A stretch of 57,414 nucleotides of DNA, counting the filler, from Stramenopiles sp. TOSAG23-3 (lineage: Eukaryota), in NCBI GenBank assembly GCA_900128585.1. It is 6 parts of 6 records of this genome, joined end to end, with 100 filler letters (N's around TTAATTAATTAA, not from the genome) between each part and the next. Parts side by side here need not be neighbours in the genome. Positions count along the whole stretch, not along the records: positions 34,429 to 51,493 come from LT642463.1; positions 51,594 to 53,468 come from LT645296.1; 4 more parts are not named here. The stretch is one strand, 5' to 3'. The translations under genes and the position numbers were made by a program. The notes below the pieces were generated by a model. That model searched no databases, had not been told where the DNA came from, and saw nothing but the letters and a program-made list of their open reading frames with translations. Positions 43,306 to 53,568 of this stretch are shown piece after piece (position 1 is the stretch's first letter; each line of letters begins with the position of its first letter).

Positions 43306-43846
43306 ATCTACGTACGGATGATGGGTGGTTGTTCGGTATTTTATATGCTGTGTATATGTATAATTAACATATGAATAACATTGCTTTTCTTGACAACCAG
43401 TCGTTCCCTTCATTTCATCGAGAAACATCTCTTCGATAATTAAGGTACATTAATTTATATAACTATGTACTTATACTATTGTAAATAGTATTTATGATAA
43501 AACAAAATATTATTATATTATGAACATATCCCTTACTTTCCAAAACAACAACGAATGGCGATCTCAGATGTCAATAATACCATACCGTACCCCACGCACT
43601 ACTACGACTATGACAAAATAATAATAGAAGATAAAAAAACAAAACAAGGATTCTTCAATTGTTGGGAAGGAAACAAGACAATACGCCACATGTCTGTGTG
43701 TCTGTGTGTGTGTGACGCCAACGACTGCTTGCGAAAGAATTAGATACGTTTAAACTGTCAGGGCTAAACAGAATTGTTAAACAATCTTCATCGATATATA
43801 AGTTGCAAAACTATCAAGACTTTAAAGGTAAACTAAACTAAATACC

Positions 43847-44401
43847 ATGCCAGTTCGTCAGTTCCAAGTCGTCGGTCGTCAAACGCCAACTGCGGCTGTA
43901 CCAGAGCCGCAAATATACCGAATGCGCATTTTTGCGAAGACTCCGGTACAAGCTCGATCCCGCTTTTGGTACTTTCTTCACCAGTACCGCCACATGAAGA
44001 AAACCACGGGCGATATTCTATCGGTTACAGAAATCAGGGAGAAGAACTCTAACATCACCAAGGTATATGCGATTCATTTGAGATACAACTCTCGTAGTGG
44101 AACCCACAATATGATGAAGGAGTACCGTGACACCCGCCTTACCGGAGCAGTCGCACAGATGTACGCCGAGATGGCTTCCCGACACCGTGCACGCGCCACG
44201 TCGATCCAAATCCGTGACACCTGCATCGTTCCTGGTCCACTTGTATCAAAAGATCCTTCTCAAGGCGCCAAGAGAACTTCGATTCTTCAAATCTTGAACA
44301 GCAAAGTCAAGTTCCCAATGCCGCACCGTGTTTCTCGTGCTTCCTCCAAGAAGTACCGCACTGCATTCAAAGCTAGCCGCCCAAGCACGTACCGTGGTTA
44401 A
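43847..44401 (+). CDS. RPL18A: 60S ribosomal protein L18a (eL20)
   Basis: QFQVVGR, IYRMRIFA...ARSRFWYFL, LRYNSRSGTHNMMKEYRD, MASRHRAR, KFPMPHR. Confidence 0.97.
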   Translation: MPVRQFQVVGRQTPTAAVPEPQIYRMRIFAKTPVQARSRFWYFLHQYRHMKKTTGDILSVTEIREKNSNITKVYAIHLRYNSRSGTHNMMKEYRDTRLTGAVAQMYAEMASRHRARATSIQIRDTCIVPGPLVSKDPSQGAKRTSILQILNSKVKFPMPHRVSRASSKKYRTAFKASRPSTYRG

Positions 44402-44890
44402 TCTATTTTGCTTCTAAAGGAATAAGAACATTTTTATGATTTAAATTTATTTGTTACGACTATGTTTACTCTTTGTAGTACGAGTTTTCAAAAGAGTTCC
44501 CTCAAAAGCACATTTGGAGCTCTCGCTCAGATGCCCTTGGGGAGCTCGTTTGCGATGCTATTTGCCTGTATTTGTTTCCCTGCCTGCCTTAATATTCCAG
44601 CCCATTCAGGACGACGCCTGCGATCCAACTCAGAGAGGGTCAAAAACCTTTCTGCAAGTTAGAGAGAGTGTCTGGGACGGCGCGCCACACAGAGCGTTTA
44701 ATCCTTTACCGGTCGTCATATTTATTCAAAGTAACATAAGTCTTAGTTTTATTTATATTTTAAAAAATATCTTTTTGTGTAAGAATTAATAAGAACACTT
44801 CAAGTTCGTTCAGCCATTATTTTGTTTTACATTTCAAGTCGTTCTCTCCCACACGCAAAATCTACACTTGTCACGCACGTACACGGCCCC

Positions 44891-47800
44891 TCAAAATTGA
44901 ATCGATTCCTCCAATGAGCGCAAGCTTTCCATGACTGTTTGGGGGTTTGTTCCAACAGACCGTGCAAGGTTATGTTGGGCCACAGAGTCCAACGAAACAT
45001 ACCGAAGCAGTAACGTCATGTCCAGCATAGTGTTTGAATGGGGACGGACCTGGTTAGACGTGAAATTGACATGCACGGATCGGTACTCTCGGGGGTTCAG
45101 ACCCGCATTTTGCTTCAAAGCATTGTTCAGGAAGCTCTGCAAGGCTATTAATCTCCGAAAAATCTTTCTATCCAGGACAGGCACGACCACGCCAAAACTA
45201 CCGTCGCAAGTACCATAGATACTACCGTAGACGTTGCTTTCGACGTGGCGAAGACGAGGGGCTTGATTGACAGGATAGGTAGTCAGAGCGGTAATTCGAG
45301 ACCCAGAATGAAACTCAGCAACAGAGCGAAGGGTTCGATACGTGCCACTGGTGCTATGGGGATCATACTGGAGCACAAAAATACTCCCATTTGCGTCGGC
45401 GATTAGTATCTGGAGAGAATCTTTCGCTACAATAAACGTGCTTGCTACCACGCATGCTGGGTAAGGATCATAGGCCAATAGTTCGACCTCGCTCGCTGCC
45501 ACATTCCAACGGAAAAATTGGACGCTGTTGTAAATGTCCGAGCAAGCAATGAAATTTTTGATAATGTTCATGCTAGAGACCGTAACTTTTAGGTCAAAGA
45601 AACCAATCTTCATCAGCCTTCCACCACGAATTTCCATCATAGACATTTGCCGACCCGCAGTTGCCAACAACGTACCACCGCCTCTCGATACTTCGGGAGG
45701 CACTTCCTTGGTGCAAACACCTCCAAGTGTAGTTACCCCAGCCGGAAACTGTATGAAATGAGCCAGAGTAAATTGGTGCACTGCAGTGCCGCTTTTCCTG
45801 AATGTCAGCCTCGCGTTGCCCGCAGAAGAGATCTCATTGGACAATTTGATCAAGTTGCCAGAAACGTCCAACACTGTTGTATCCCGTGGAACCCCAGACC
45901 CGCACACAGTATGACCTTTTTCTACGCTATGGTTCTCTGCCCCTACAATGACTGCATTTCGTTCCTCTGAGACTTTGACAAATTCTACGAATGAGTTTGG
46001 AAAAGAAAAGGCGATAATTTTCCCCTTTCCAGCAGTATCGTTTCCATCCGAGGTTAAGAAACCAGTACCAACGCACAAGAAAGGCTTTAACTTCTTGTCT
46101 TCGTTATCATAAATATACTCAAACCCGACGCTAATCCCTCGCTCAAACTTCTCCAAATTGTACGAAAACAACGTTTCTACGGCAGTCACTGAACCACCAT
46201 CCAGGTCTTCGTCCTCCTCATTTTCGTTGCTGCTACTAACGGCCACGATTTGTACGCTGAACTGATGGAGGTACGGGGTGGGCTTGACCCCCAAGTCGCT
46301 TAGTTCAGGAGCATCGTCGGCATTAGAAGATGCTGGCTCTTCTGTTTCTCGCGATGTTAAAGCAACAAAGACGTTAGACTGACCGCAAAATTCCGATGGG
46401 ATTTTACATAGTTGATATATCGTGCCGTCAACAACATTCTTTTGCCCTCTGAGAAGGGCCTGACAACCGGTGCTGATTTGTTCGCTCTGGTAACCAGCAG
46501 CATCACTATCGACACCGGCTTCCACAAAATATGCTCTGCCCTTGCTTGACACGAGAAGCAAGCCGTTGTCACAGAGCCCATTGTCAATGGGAGTGACCGC
46601 TGCTATTACAGCATTCGAATGGTCTTCTACCTCTATGTCACCACTAGACGAAATGCACGATTTTCTTACCTGCGTGAAACCAGCATCGCACGAGACCCAC
46701 ACGGGAACGAAAGTGTTGCAAAAGACCATGCTTTTCCCACCGATATTGCTGCAGGCCGTGAGCAGCCGGTTTCCTTTCGGTTTCCATTTGGATTCGTGCT
46801 TATCGTCGCTATTTAATTTTGGCGGTCTCGTAATAACGGCATGTTCTACCCGTATAAAAGCTAGAGGCAATCGATTCGTAGCCCCCTTCCCTGCGTACAA
46901 TAAATTCGGTTGGGGGTGGCGTTTGTAAATCAGCAAATCTCCCGTATCGAGAACCACCGTCAACACAAGAGCAGACGCATTCTGCTTCAGCCCTGCCGAG
47001 GCCTCCCCCAAATCTTCTTCTTCGTCCTCTTCTTCATCGACGATGCTGCCCAAGTAAGAAATTTGAACATCGGCAATAGCAGATTTGAACGCTGTATCTT
47101 GCAAACCCTTGTCGAATTTCTCTAAATTTGATTGTGCGTAGGGTGTCAACGACTGGTCCTGGTCGAGCAGCAGCCATGCCCCGCTCGCTAAGTTCTGGGT
47201 CTCGAAAACGACGTCCCCGCGTGGAAGGTTTACGATCGACATTGTTCCGTCATCAAAGCCAAGCGCTAAATATTGGCGTGGCGGATCGTTGCTGTTAAGG
47301 TTTTGTGGAGAATTTATCAGCGGTGGCGCCACTGTATCCTTAGCTCCCCCATAGATATCCTCCTCATCTTCATCGACGTCCATGCTTTCTTTTTTAGTAG
47401 ATCCGTACAGGGCCGCTTCTACCGCATCTTCATCATCAGAAGCGTTTCCCTTCGTATTCTTCTGCGATGCGTTCGTTTTCTTTGTAGATATTGGATAATC
47501 AGGCCTTCTGACAGGATCTTTTACCAAAATATTTTTCGCAGAAGATACGTGGTCATCATCGGAGAATAATCTCAGGCAAGAAACAACCCTGCCATGTGCA
47601 ACAGGGATATCGGTAACTTTCTTGTAGCTGGCGCCCGACGTCGCCTCAAACACTTGAACACTTCCATCGTCCAGGCCGACTGCAAAATACTGTCCTAGAA
47701 TTGAAGCAAGGCAGGGGGTTACCGATCGGGTCCCACCATTACTAAAATCCAAAGTTTCCATTGGCATTTTATCTGATGGAGACTCTGTCATCGCTGGACT

Positions 47801-49801
47801 ATACAGGTTCAGCGATTGGCGCAATACCTGAACCCACACTCCGGTGTTTAATACCCCTGCGGCCACAGTCGCTTCATCTGACACAAGGTTTGTACCAGAC
47901 TGCAGCGGCTGTATCTGACTTTCACTGTCGATGGAGATCAGCTTCGTCTTCTTTCCCACGGTCAACATTACGCACTGGTATTCGACCTCGCCGTCACGGT
48001 ATGCTGGGAGGACCCAAGCCCCTTTCGGCTTACCTCCCTTAAGCGTGAAATCAAACTGGGGGTACAAAACATCTCCTTGGTGTAGGACACATACCCCCCC
48101 GTTTATTCCATGGCCCGCAGATGCAATTAGTTTGCCTTGATGCTTGCTGATGCGATTTTCGGTATCAAGAAAAACAGAACTGACCGGGCCCAGGTTGATA
48201 AGTTTGTCACAAGGAGACAGGGAAAATTGAAGAAACTCATCCGGTTCCGCTACCGACGCCTTTGCAGTCTCCGTTTCAAGCGCCTCCGTGTCAGCACCAT
48301 TTCCATACAAAAATGCAGCATCGTCGTCGTCTTCATCGCTGTTTTCACTATCATCAAGTTTTCCACTCTTCACATCGTTGCCACGGGCGCCACCAGCCGC
48401 ACCACCCGACTGAGGACCCGCGGCCGATTTAAGTTCGTACTTCAAGAGTAACGAGTCGCCTAACCAAGAGCCTAGGAACACTAATCCAGCGCCCTTCTTT
48501 GGCGACGTCGTAAACCACCGCGAATCGTTTCGGTCCCATGTCGAGACAGCAGACGACACATCTGCTCTATTTCCAGTGTGGTCTACCACTAATTTCGTTA
48601 CTATGTTGCTCGCAGTGACTAGTCTCAAACGAAATATGTCGCCGTTTTCTGCCGTCAAAACAGCAGAGCGTGTATTCTTGAGAAAACATAGTTTGGACTG
48701 TTTGCTCAGCACTAGGTTGTACCGTTTTTCATTTGGTTCAATGGGAGAAACCTTGGGATCTACTGTCTTTGCCGCATAGCCATTTGTCGCGACACTGCAG
48801 TTATGGTTTTGGTTGAAGTAGAATATGGCATTGGACGAAAGTAGGATTGCCCCCCCAACTGGCCCTGGAATTCCATGCACGGAGAGCGTATCGTACGGCA
48901 ACCCTTTGATGTTCCAAATAATTGGGTTTCGCTTCTGCAACAGATTCATAGAGACGGCTACTAGCTTTGATGTGTGTGATGCAGAGGAAAACCCACCTGC
49001 CCATGTTTTAATTGGTTCCTCTATTAAAAAAAGCAACGTCGGCTCGTAATTCCCATGAAGAAAGGTCATATCGATCACACTGCCTTGCATCTCCTTTGAA
49101 TCTAGAGCTATGACGTACGGTTGCAGCACCAGTGAGGAAACAGAAGGTTTGACCCCGCCGTCGTCTATGTCCATTTCTTGCCCCGGGTCACCACTATTCA
49201 TACCACCAGAATTACTGCTGGCGGATGGGTCAACTTCAGAATCATGATGGCGAAACGGTAAGACTAACAATTGGTCGTCGTGCCCCATAACAACCGCACA
49301 GCGAAACTGCGGATCCACGCAAGACAAGGAAAGGCCGCCCCTATCCGCCCGGTCGCCGCGTTCGGTTCGCTGATACCGGACGTCTGTACCATAGCCTTCA
49401 CCGACCTCGGAAAAATTATGCATCGATATCGTCCTTAGGCAGTCCAGTAATGGGTCATACGCAACAATGGAGCATTTGGAGCCGGGGAAGGAGAGCAGCA
49501 GGGCATCGAACCCGTAGGGTTCTCCAATTATCTGTGCGTCCGTATTTGAAAAACGGATTACTTCCATAGTTTCTACATCACCATAAAGCGAGAAAGATTT
49601 CCACAAATACATCTTCTCTAAATTATCGGAGCTTGAGCTATTACCAAAGCCTTCCGAGGTCGCGGGAACCAAAAAGTACACATCAAGGCTCGAGTTCTTC
49701 ACGACGCACAAGTTCACATCGTCATAACCGGAGAAACAAGCAAACGCGGAGTGAGTCACCCCCGTCGGTGGCTGCACCTGTTTAAACAATAACTGGTTCA
49801 T
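44891..49801 (-). CDS. CPSF1: Cleavage and polyadenylation specificity factor 160-kDa subunit
   Basis: PPTGVTHS, DALLLSF..KCSIVAYD...LRTISMH, VDPQFRCA, FLHGNYEPTL, LPYD, VFLGSWLGDSLLL, NLGP, AEFHSG, AGLNPREYR. The start at MNQLL (49801) is inferred. Confidence 0.93.
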   Translation of the reverse strand: MNQLLFKQVQPPTGVTHSAFACFSGYDDVNLCVVKNSSLDVYFLVPATSEGFGNSSSSDNLEKMYLWKSFSLYGDVETMEVIRFSNTDAQIIGEPYGFDALLLSFPGSKCSIVAYDPLLDCLRTISMHNFSEVGEGYGTDVRYQRTERGDRADRGGLSLSCVDPQFRCAVVMGHDDQLLVLPFRHHDSEVDPSASSNSGGMNSGDPGQEMDIDDGGVKPSVSSLVLQPYVIALDSKEMQGSVIDMTFLHGNYEPTLLFLIEEPIKTWAGGFSSASHTSKLVAVSMNLLQKRNPIIWNIKGLPYDTLSVHGIPGPVGGAILLSSNAIFYFNQNHNCSVATNGYAAKTVDPKVSPIEPNEKRYNLVLSKQSKLCFLKNTRSAVLTAENGDIFRLRLVTASNIVTKLVVDHTGNRADVSSAVSTWDRNDSRWFTTSPKKGAGLVFLGSWLGDSLLLKYELKSAAGPQSGGAAGGARGNDVKSGKLDDSENSDEDDDDAAFLYGNGADTEALETETAKASVAEPDEFLQFSLSPCDKLINLGPVSSVFLDTENRISKHQGKLIASAGHGINGGVCVLHQGDVLYPQFDFTLKGGKPKGAWVLPAYRDGEVEYQCVMLTVGKKTKLISIDSESQIQPLQSGTNLVSDEATVAAGVLNTGVWVQVLRQSLNLYSPAMTESPSDKMPMETLDFSNGGTRSVTPCLASILGQYFAVGLDDGSVQVFEATSGASYKKVTDIPVAHGRVVSCLRLFSDDDHVSSAKNILVKDPVRRPDYPISTKKTNASQKNTKGNASDDEDAVEAALYGSTKKESMDVDEDEEDIYGGAKDTVAPPLINSPQNLNSNDPPRQYLALGFDDGTMSIVNLPRGDVVFETQNLASGAWLLLDQDQSLTPYAQSNLEKFDKGLQDTAFKSAIADVQISYLGSIVDEEEDEEEDLGEASAGLKQNASALVLTVVLDTGDLLIYKRHPQPNLLYAGKGATNRLPLAFIRVEHAVITRPPKLNSDDKHESKWKPKGNRLLTACSNIGGKSMVFCNTFVPVWVSCDAGFTQVRKSCISSSGDIEVEDHSNAVIAAVTPIDNGLCDNGLLLVSSKGRAYFVEAGVDSDAAGYQSEQISTGCQALLRGQKNVVDGTIYQLCKIPSEFCGQSNVFVALTSRETEEPASSNADDAPELSDLGVKPTPYLHQFSVQIVAVSSSNENEEDEDLDGGSVTAVETLFSYNLEKFERGISVGFEYIYDNEDKKLKPFLCVGTGFLTSDGNDTAGKGKIIAFSFPNSFVEFVKVSEERNAVIVGAENHSVEKGHTVCGSGVPRDTTVLDVSGNLIKLSNEISSAGNARLTFRKSGTAVHQFTLAHFIQFPAGVTTLGGVCTKEVPPEVSRGGGTLLATAGRQMSMMEIRGGRLMKIGFFDLKVTVSSMNIIKNFIACSDIYNSVQFFRWNVAASEVELLAYDPYPACVVASTFIVAKDSLQILIADANGSIFVLQYDPHSTSGTYRTLRSVAEFHSGSRITALTTYPVNQAPRLRHVESNVYGSIYGTCDGSFGVVVPVLDRKIFRRLIALQSFLNNALKQNAGLNPREYRSVHVNFTSNQVRPHSNTMLDMTLLLRYVSLDSVAQHNLARSVGTNPQTVMESLRSLEESIQF

Positions 49802-50392
49802 TCTCTTCTGGTCCCAATACGCTTTGATGAAATTCAGATTTCTTTTCCTATCGCATCTGTCTCGTTCGCTTCGCATAAATTAACTAATTCTTACATGCGT
49901 ACGTGTTCATACAATCTTAACTATAAAAGGAAGGTATATACATACACTCAATTTGAATGATTCCAATTATCCAAAAAATAAATATTTATTATTATATATT
50001 TAATTTATTAATATATATCTCACACAATAATAATAATGTCGTCGTCGTCGTCGTTCGTCTCGTCGTCTACTATATCTATTTTATTATTTTGTCCGTCAAA
50101 AAAAAGGAAGAAAAGAACACCAGGTACGGGGACTTGTATTTCACCTTTTCGTAGTAGCTGGCGGTAATTTTTTTCCAGCAGCTTTAACATATAAATAGCA
50201 TTGGAAATATATCGCGGAACAAAAAATTTATAACCAGATCAACACGATCCCCTCTTCTTCTCCAAACAAAAAAATTGTTCTATTACGAAATATTGACATA
50301 GTACAAAAAAAAGAAACAAACCACAAACAAATTAAATAAAGGTACGTCAGGGTAATTTACACCATTCTCTTTACTCTGTGATTACAAACGAA

Positions 50393-51493
50393 CTAGTTCT
50401 CTTTCTTGGATGACTCTTTCTTTCGTAGACTTTCACGATAGCTTCCTCTTCTCCCCCCGTGCTCAAACTTCAAAGTCGAATGTTGCTTTCGGTGCAATTC
50501 CTCGATTCGTTTTAACAAAAAGTCTGTTTCTACATGCCAGTTCTGGGAGGATTGTTTCATTTTCTGTGATTTCTTTGATCGTTTTCTGCGCACGTTTCCC
50601 TTGTAAAACGAAGGTTCCCCCCCTCGTGTATTGTATGCGTATTTCAAAAATGGCCTGGCAAGGCTTGGGGGTAAAAAATTGTAAGTCTGCTTCTTCGCAT
50701 CTTTAACGCTGCGGCGATGCAAGCTTGACCCTGCAGGCCCATTCCAGCCAGGTAGTCCGGGGTTTCGCCGGCGCCTAGTGCTACTTTGCGACTTCGGGCG
50801 GACTAATTTAGACCCTTCCTTTGGAGTGCCCCATGGCGATTGTCCAGAGGCATCGCGCATTGTACTACTATCGCCTGACTGATCAAGCATTTGGTCGTCT
50901 ACACTGCTGCGGTTGATCCTCCTCCTAAAGAGAGGTGTTTTCTTTGCCGCAACGGGCGAGAAAGTGCCGGAGTTTACACTGTACTCATTCAGCCGATCGT
51001 CAAGTTCTTCGTCATTACCCTCTGAGATAGCGACGGTTTGGAATGCTATCTTCCTCCCCCCAACGCTAGTTTCGCTTTGACGAAGAAGCGTGGCTTCACA
51101 AAAAATTTCACGGGGAAGTGTCCGACTGTCAGGGATTTTCTGGCCCTCCACGGTGTTCATCCCGGAATGCTTCGCAGTTTCCTCTGACGGTATTGTTCCA
51201 TGTGAACGGTCGTCTTCGTGCAAAATAGGAGCAGTTTGGGCACGAGCTGACACGGGTCTGCGGCCACTAATTGGACTATTTTTGGGTGCATTGACTGAAC
51301 TCAGCCCATCAGTGCACTCCACGCCCGGTTTTCTATCTGTTTTGGTTCCTTTTCTATTTAAGGCTTTTATTGTTTTTAAACCAGGGGACACATTCTCGCG
51401 CGCATTTTCTGCCCTTTTCCCTTTCAACACATCAGCAAACGTACTATCATCTTTGGAGCCTTTTCGTCGACGATTAGAAGAAGACGATTTTAC
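50393..51493 (-). CDS. Hypothetical low-complexity Ser/Lys/Arg-rich protein, 5'-partial
   Basis: The frame stays open up to the contig edge at 51493; no family recognised. Confidence 0.65.
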   Translation of the reverse strand, partial: VKSSSSNRRRKGSKDDSTFADVLKGKRAENARENVSPGLKTIKALNRKGTKTDRKPGVECTDGLSSVNAPKNSPISGRRPVSARAQTAPILHEDDRSHGTIPSEETAKHSGMNTVEGQKIPDSRTLPREIFCEATLLRQSETSVGGRKIAFQTVAISEGNDEELDDRLNEYSVNSGTFSPVAAKKTPLFRRRINRSSVDDQMLDQSGDSSTMRDASGQSPWGTPKEGSKLVRPKSQSSTRRRRNPGLPGWNGPAGSSLHRRSVKDAKKQTYNFLPPSLARPFLKYAYNTRGGEPSFYKGNVRRKRSKKSQKMKQSSQNWHVETDFLLKRIEELHRKQHSTLKFEHGGRRGSYRESLRKKESSKKEN

Positions 51494-51593
51494 NNNNNNN
51501 NNNNNNNNNNNNNNNNNNNNNNNNNNNNNNNNNNNNNTTAATTAATTAANNNNNNNNNNNNNNNNNNNNNNNNNNNNNNNNNNNNNNNNNNNN
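51494..51593. other. Artificial contig spacer
   Basis: N44-TTAATTAATTAA-N44. Confidence 0.99.
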
Positions 51594-52507
51594 CAGCATT
51601 CTTCTTTCTTTTTCTCTGGCTCGCAGTCGACAGGGTTCGGGCCTTTGAATGGTGGCGTCCACGGTATTTTTAAAGCTTTCTGCCGTTTGATTTCCCGTAT
51701 GTTAGATTCCAAAATACAGACCTTTTGAGGTACAAAGTTTTTCATCAGTTTGGGGAGTTTCTTTTCTTGTCCTATTATATCATCTACCTGGGCCTCGAAT
51801 TCTTTCTGGTTCATGTAATGTGCTGGCTTTTTGTTACCATTTTCGCTTTTGAGGTGCAAACTGTCGAATGTTATACGCTTGTAAACATGGTCTGGCTTAA
51901 TACTGCCTTCATCCAAGTCTTTGACAATTCCGTCGGAAGATATTTTTGTCGACTCATTTATCATATCCAGGACATAGTACGGGTCATTCGACTTGGGGCA
52001 TTTTATCAACTTAGGCCCCTTTTTCCAGAACCCCCCTTTACGTCTATGACAAGGTTCCCCCCCCTTTCCACCTTTCATCATCGCCAACCCAGCCCCGACA
52101 GCGGCGGCTCCTACTGCTGCATGGCCTGCCGCATGGTCTGCTGCATGGCCCACGGCGGCCTTCGCTTCGCCGGGCGAAAATGATGACCGGAGAGATATGC
52201 CTGCGCGGCTGGCGACAAACCGATAGGAGTCAGAATCACCCTTTTTCCGTGCATCATGGTCCGAACTAGCACTAGTGTATACCGGGTACCGGCGAGTCAT
52301 ACCACTATTGCTATTACTTCCTAACAAATTGTTTGCATTCTGTCCAGCCAAGTTTTTTCGAGAAAACTTCAACGCCCCGTCCAGCCCCTTCCGCCTTTCC
52401 TTCTCAGAGAGAGAATCTAAAAGTCCATCGCCTGATGGCAACAGGATACACAATATAATTAAAACTAACAGCAAAACATAACTACGGTTCTCAGAGCACA
52501 AACCCAT
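51594..52507 (-). CDS. Hypothetical secreted protein, 3'-partial
   Basis: ATG at 52507, signal-like segment VLLLVLIILCILLPSGDG. Frame open to the contig edge. Confidence 0.65.
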
Positions 52508-53468
52508 GTTTTCTATTACGGAGGCCAACGGCGAATGTACAAAAGAATAAAGTCGTTCCTCCCTTTCCTTAGTACAGTCTGTGTCAACGGTTCTATGGGA
52601 GCTTCAAAAACGTTCTGAACGGTTTGCTGAGGCCGTTCGACACTCTAGCGTAATCGCCCTCGATTAACAGATTTCGTAGACGCCGCTGCTAAGTGTTGGA
52701 GCCGTCAACAACGCTTTGACATATTTGTACGGCCATCGTTCACGCAGGCGATAGTTATTGGGGCACTTGGAACAGTTAGGCGACTAGACTAGAAAGCACG
52801 CATTTATATTTATAATTATAATTTGTATTAAAGCTTTAGTACAGCAGTAATGCTACAATTCGGAAATTTTATAAGTACAGTTTCATAATATTTGTGTGGA
52901 GCATTTCCCTAACAAATTGTAAACCGCTATCCGCCCTTATATTGTATCCCTTTTGTTAGTACCGAAGGTGCCCTTCCAGTTTGCCTATCGTGAATTATTA
53001 ATGCTGCTGCAGCTTAGCTTGTTTTCCATTGCCCCCCTTTTTCACCTCAGGGATTTTTGATCCTTGCGTTGCTTTGCTTGTTGCATTCTTCGCTTTGTAC
53101 CTCTTGGTAGCTCAGCTGGGAAAGAAATTGCTGTTCATATAAGTAACGTAACAGCTAATTGTAATTGCTTTATTATATCCTATCAAACCATCTTCAGTTC
53201 ACAGTTCACAGTTCACACTGATTGGGTTATAACAATATATAGGTATGCAATGGCTTAAGTATACAAAACACACATAGTATGCAAAGTACAAGTATGCGTA
53301 AGTAGTAAATCTAAATCATTACAAAAAATAATAATAATAATCATCTCCTGTTTTTGTTCGCTGATGACGACGATGCATGCCGCTGTGCTACCAACTTTAT
53401 TCGTTGTCTTGCTCGTTGCATTTGAAGTCTTATTCTTCCAGGAGCAGGGTTTCTCTCTTTTCTACTAC

Positions 53469-53568
53469 NNNNNNNNNNNNNNNNNNNNNNNNNNNNNNNN
53501 NNNNNNNNNNNNTTAATTAATTAANNNNNNNNNNNNNNNNNNNNNNNNNNNNNNNNNNNNNNNNNNNN
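53469..53568. other. Artificial contig spacer
   Basis: N44-TTAATTAATTAA-N44. Confidence 0.99.

Noticed and set aside
44451-44789. Moderately GC-rich patch and ORFs between RPL18A and CPSF1, considered as a snoRNA, RNase P/MRP RNA or small gene
   Set aside because: Only a weak hairpin (GAGCTCTC...GGGAGCTC) and no convincing conserved boxes. An Rfam/Infernal scan would be needed.
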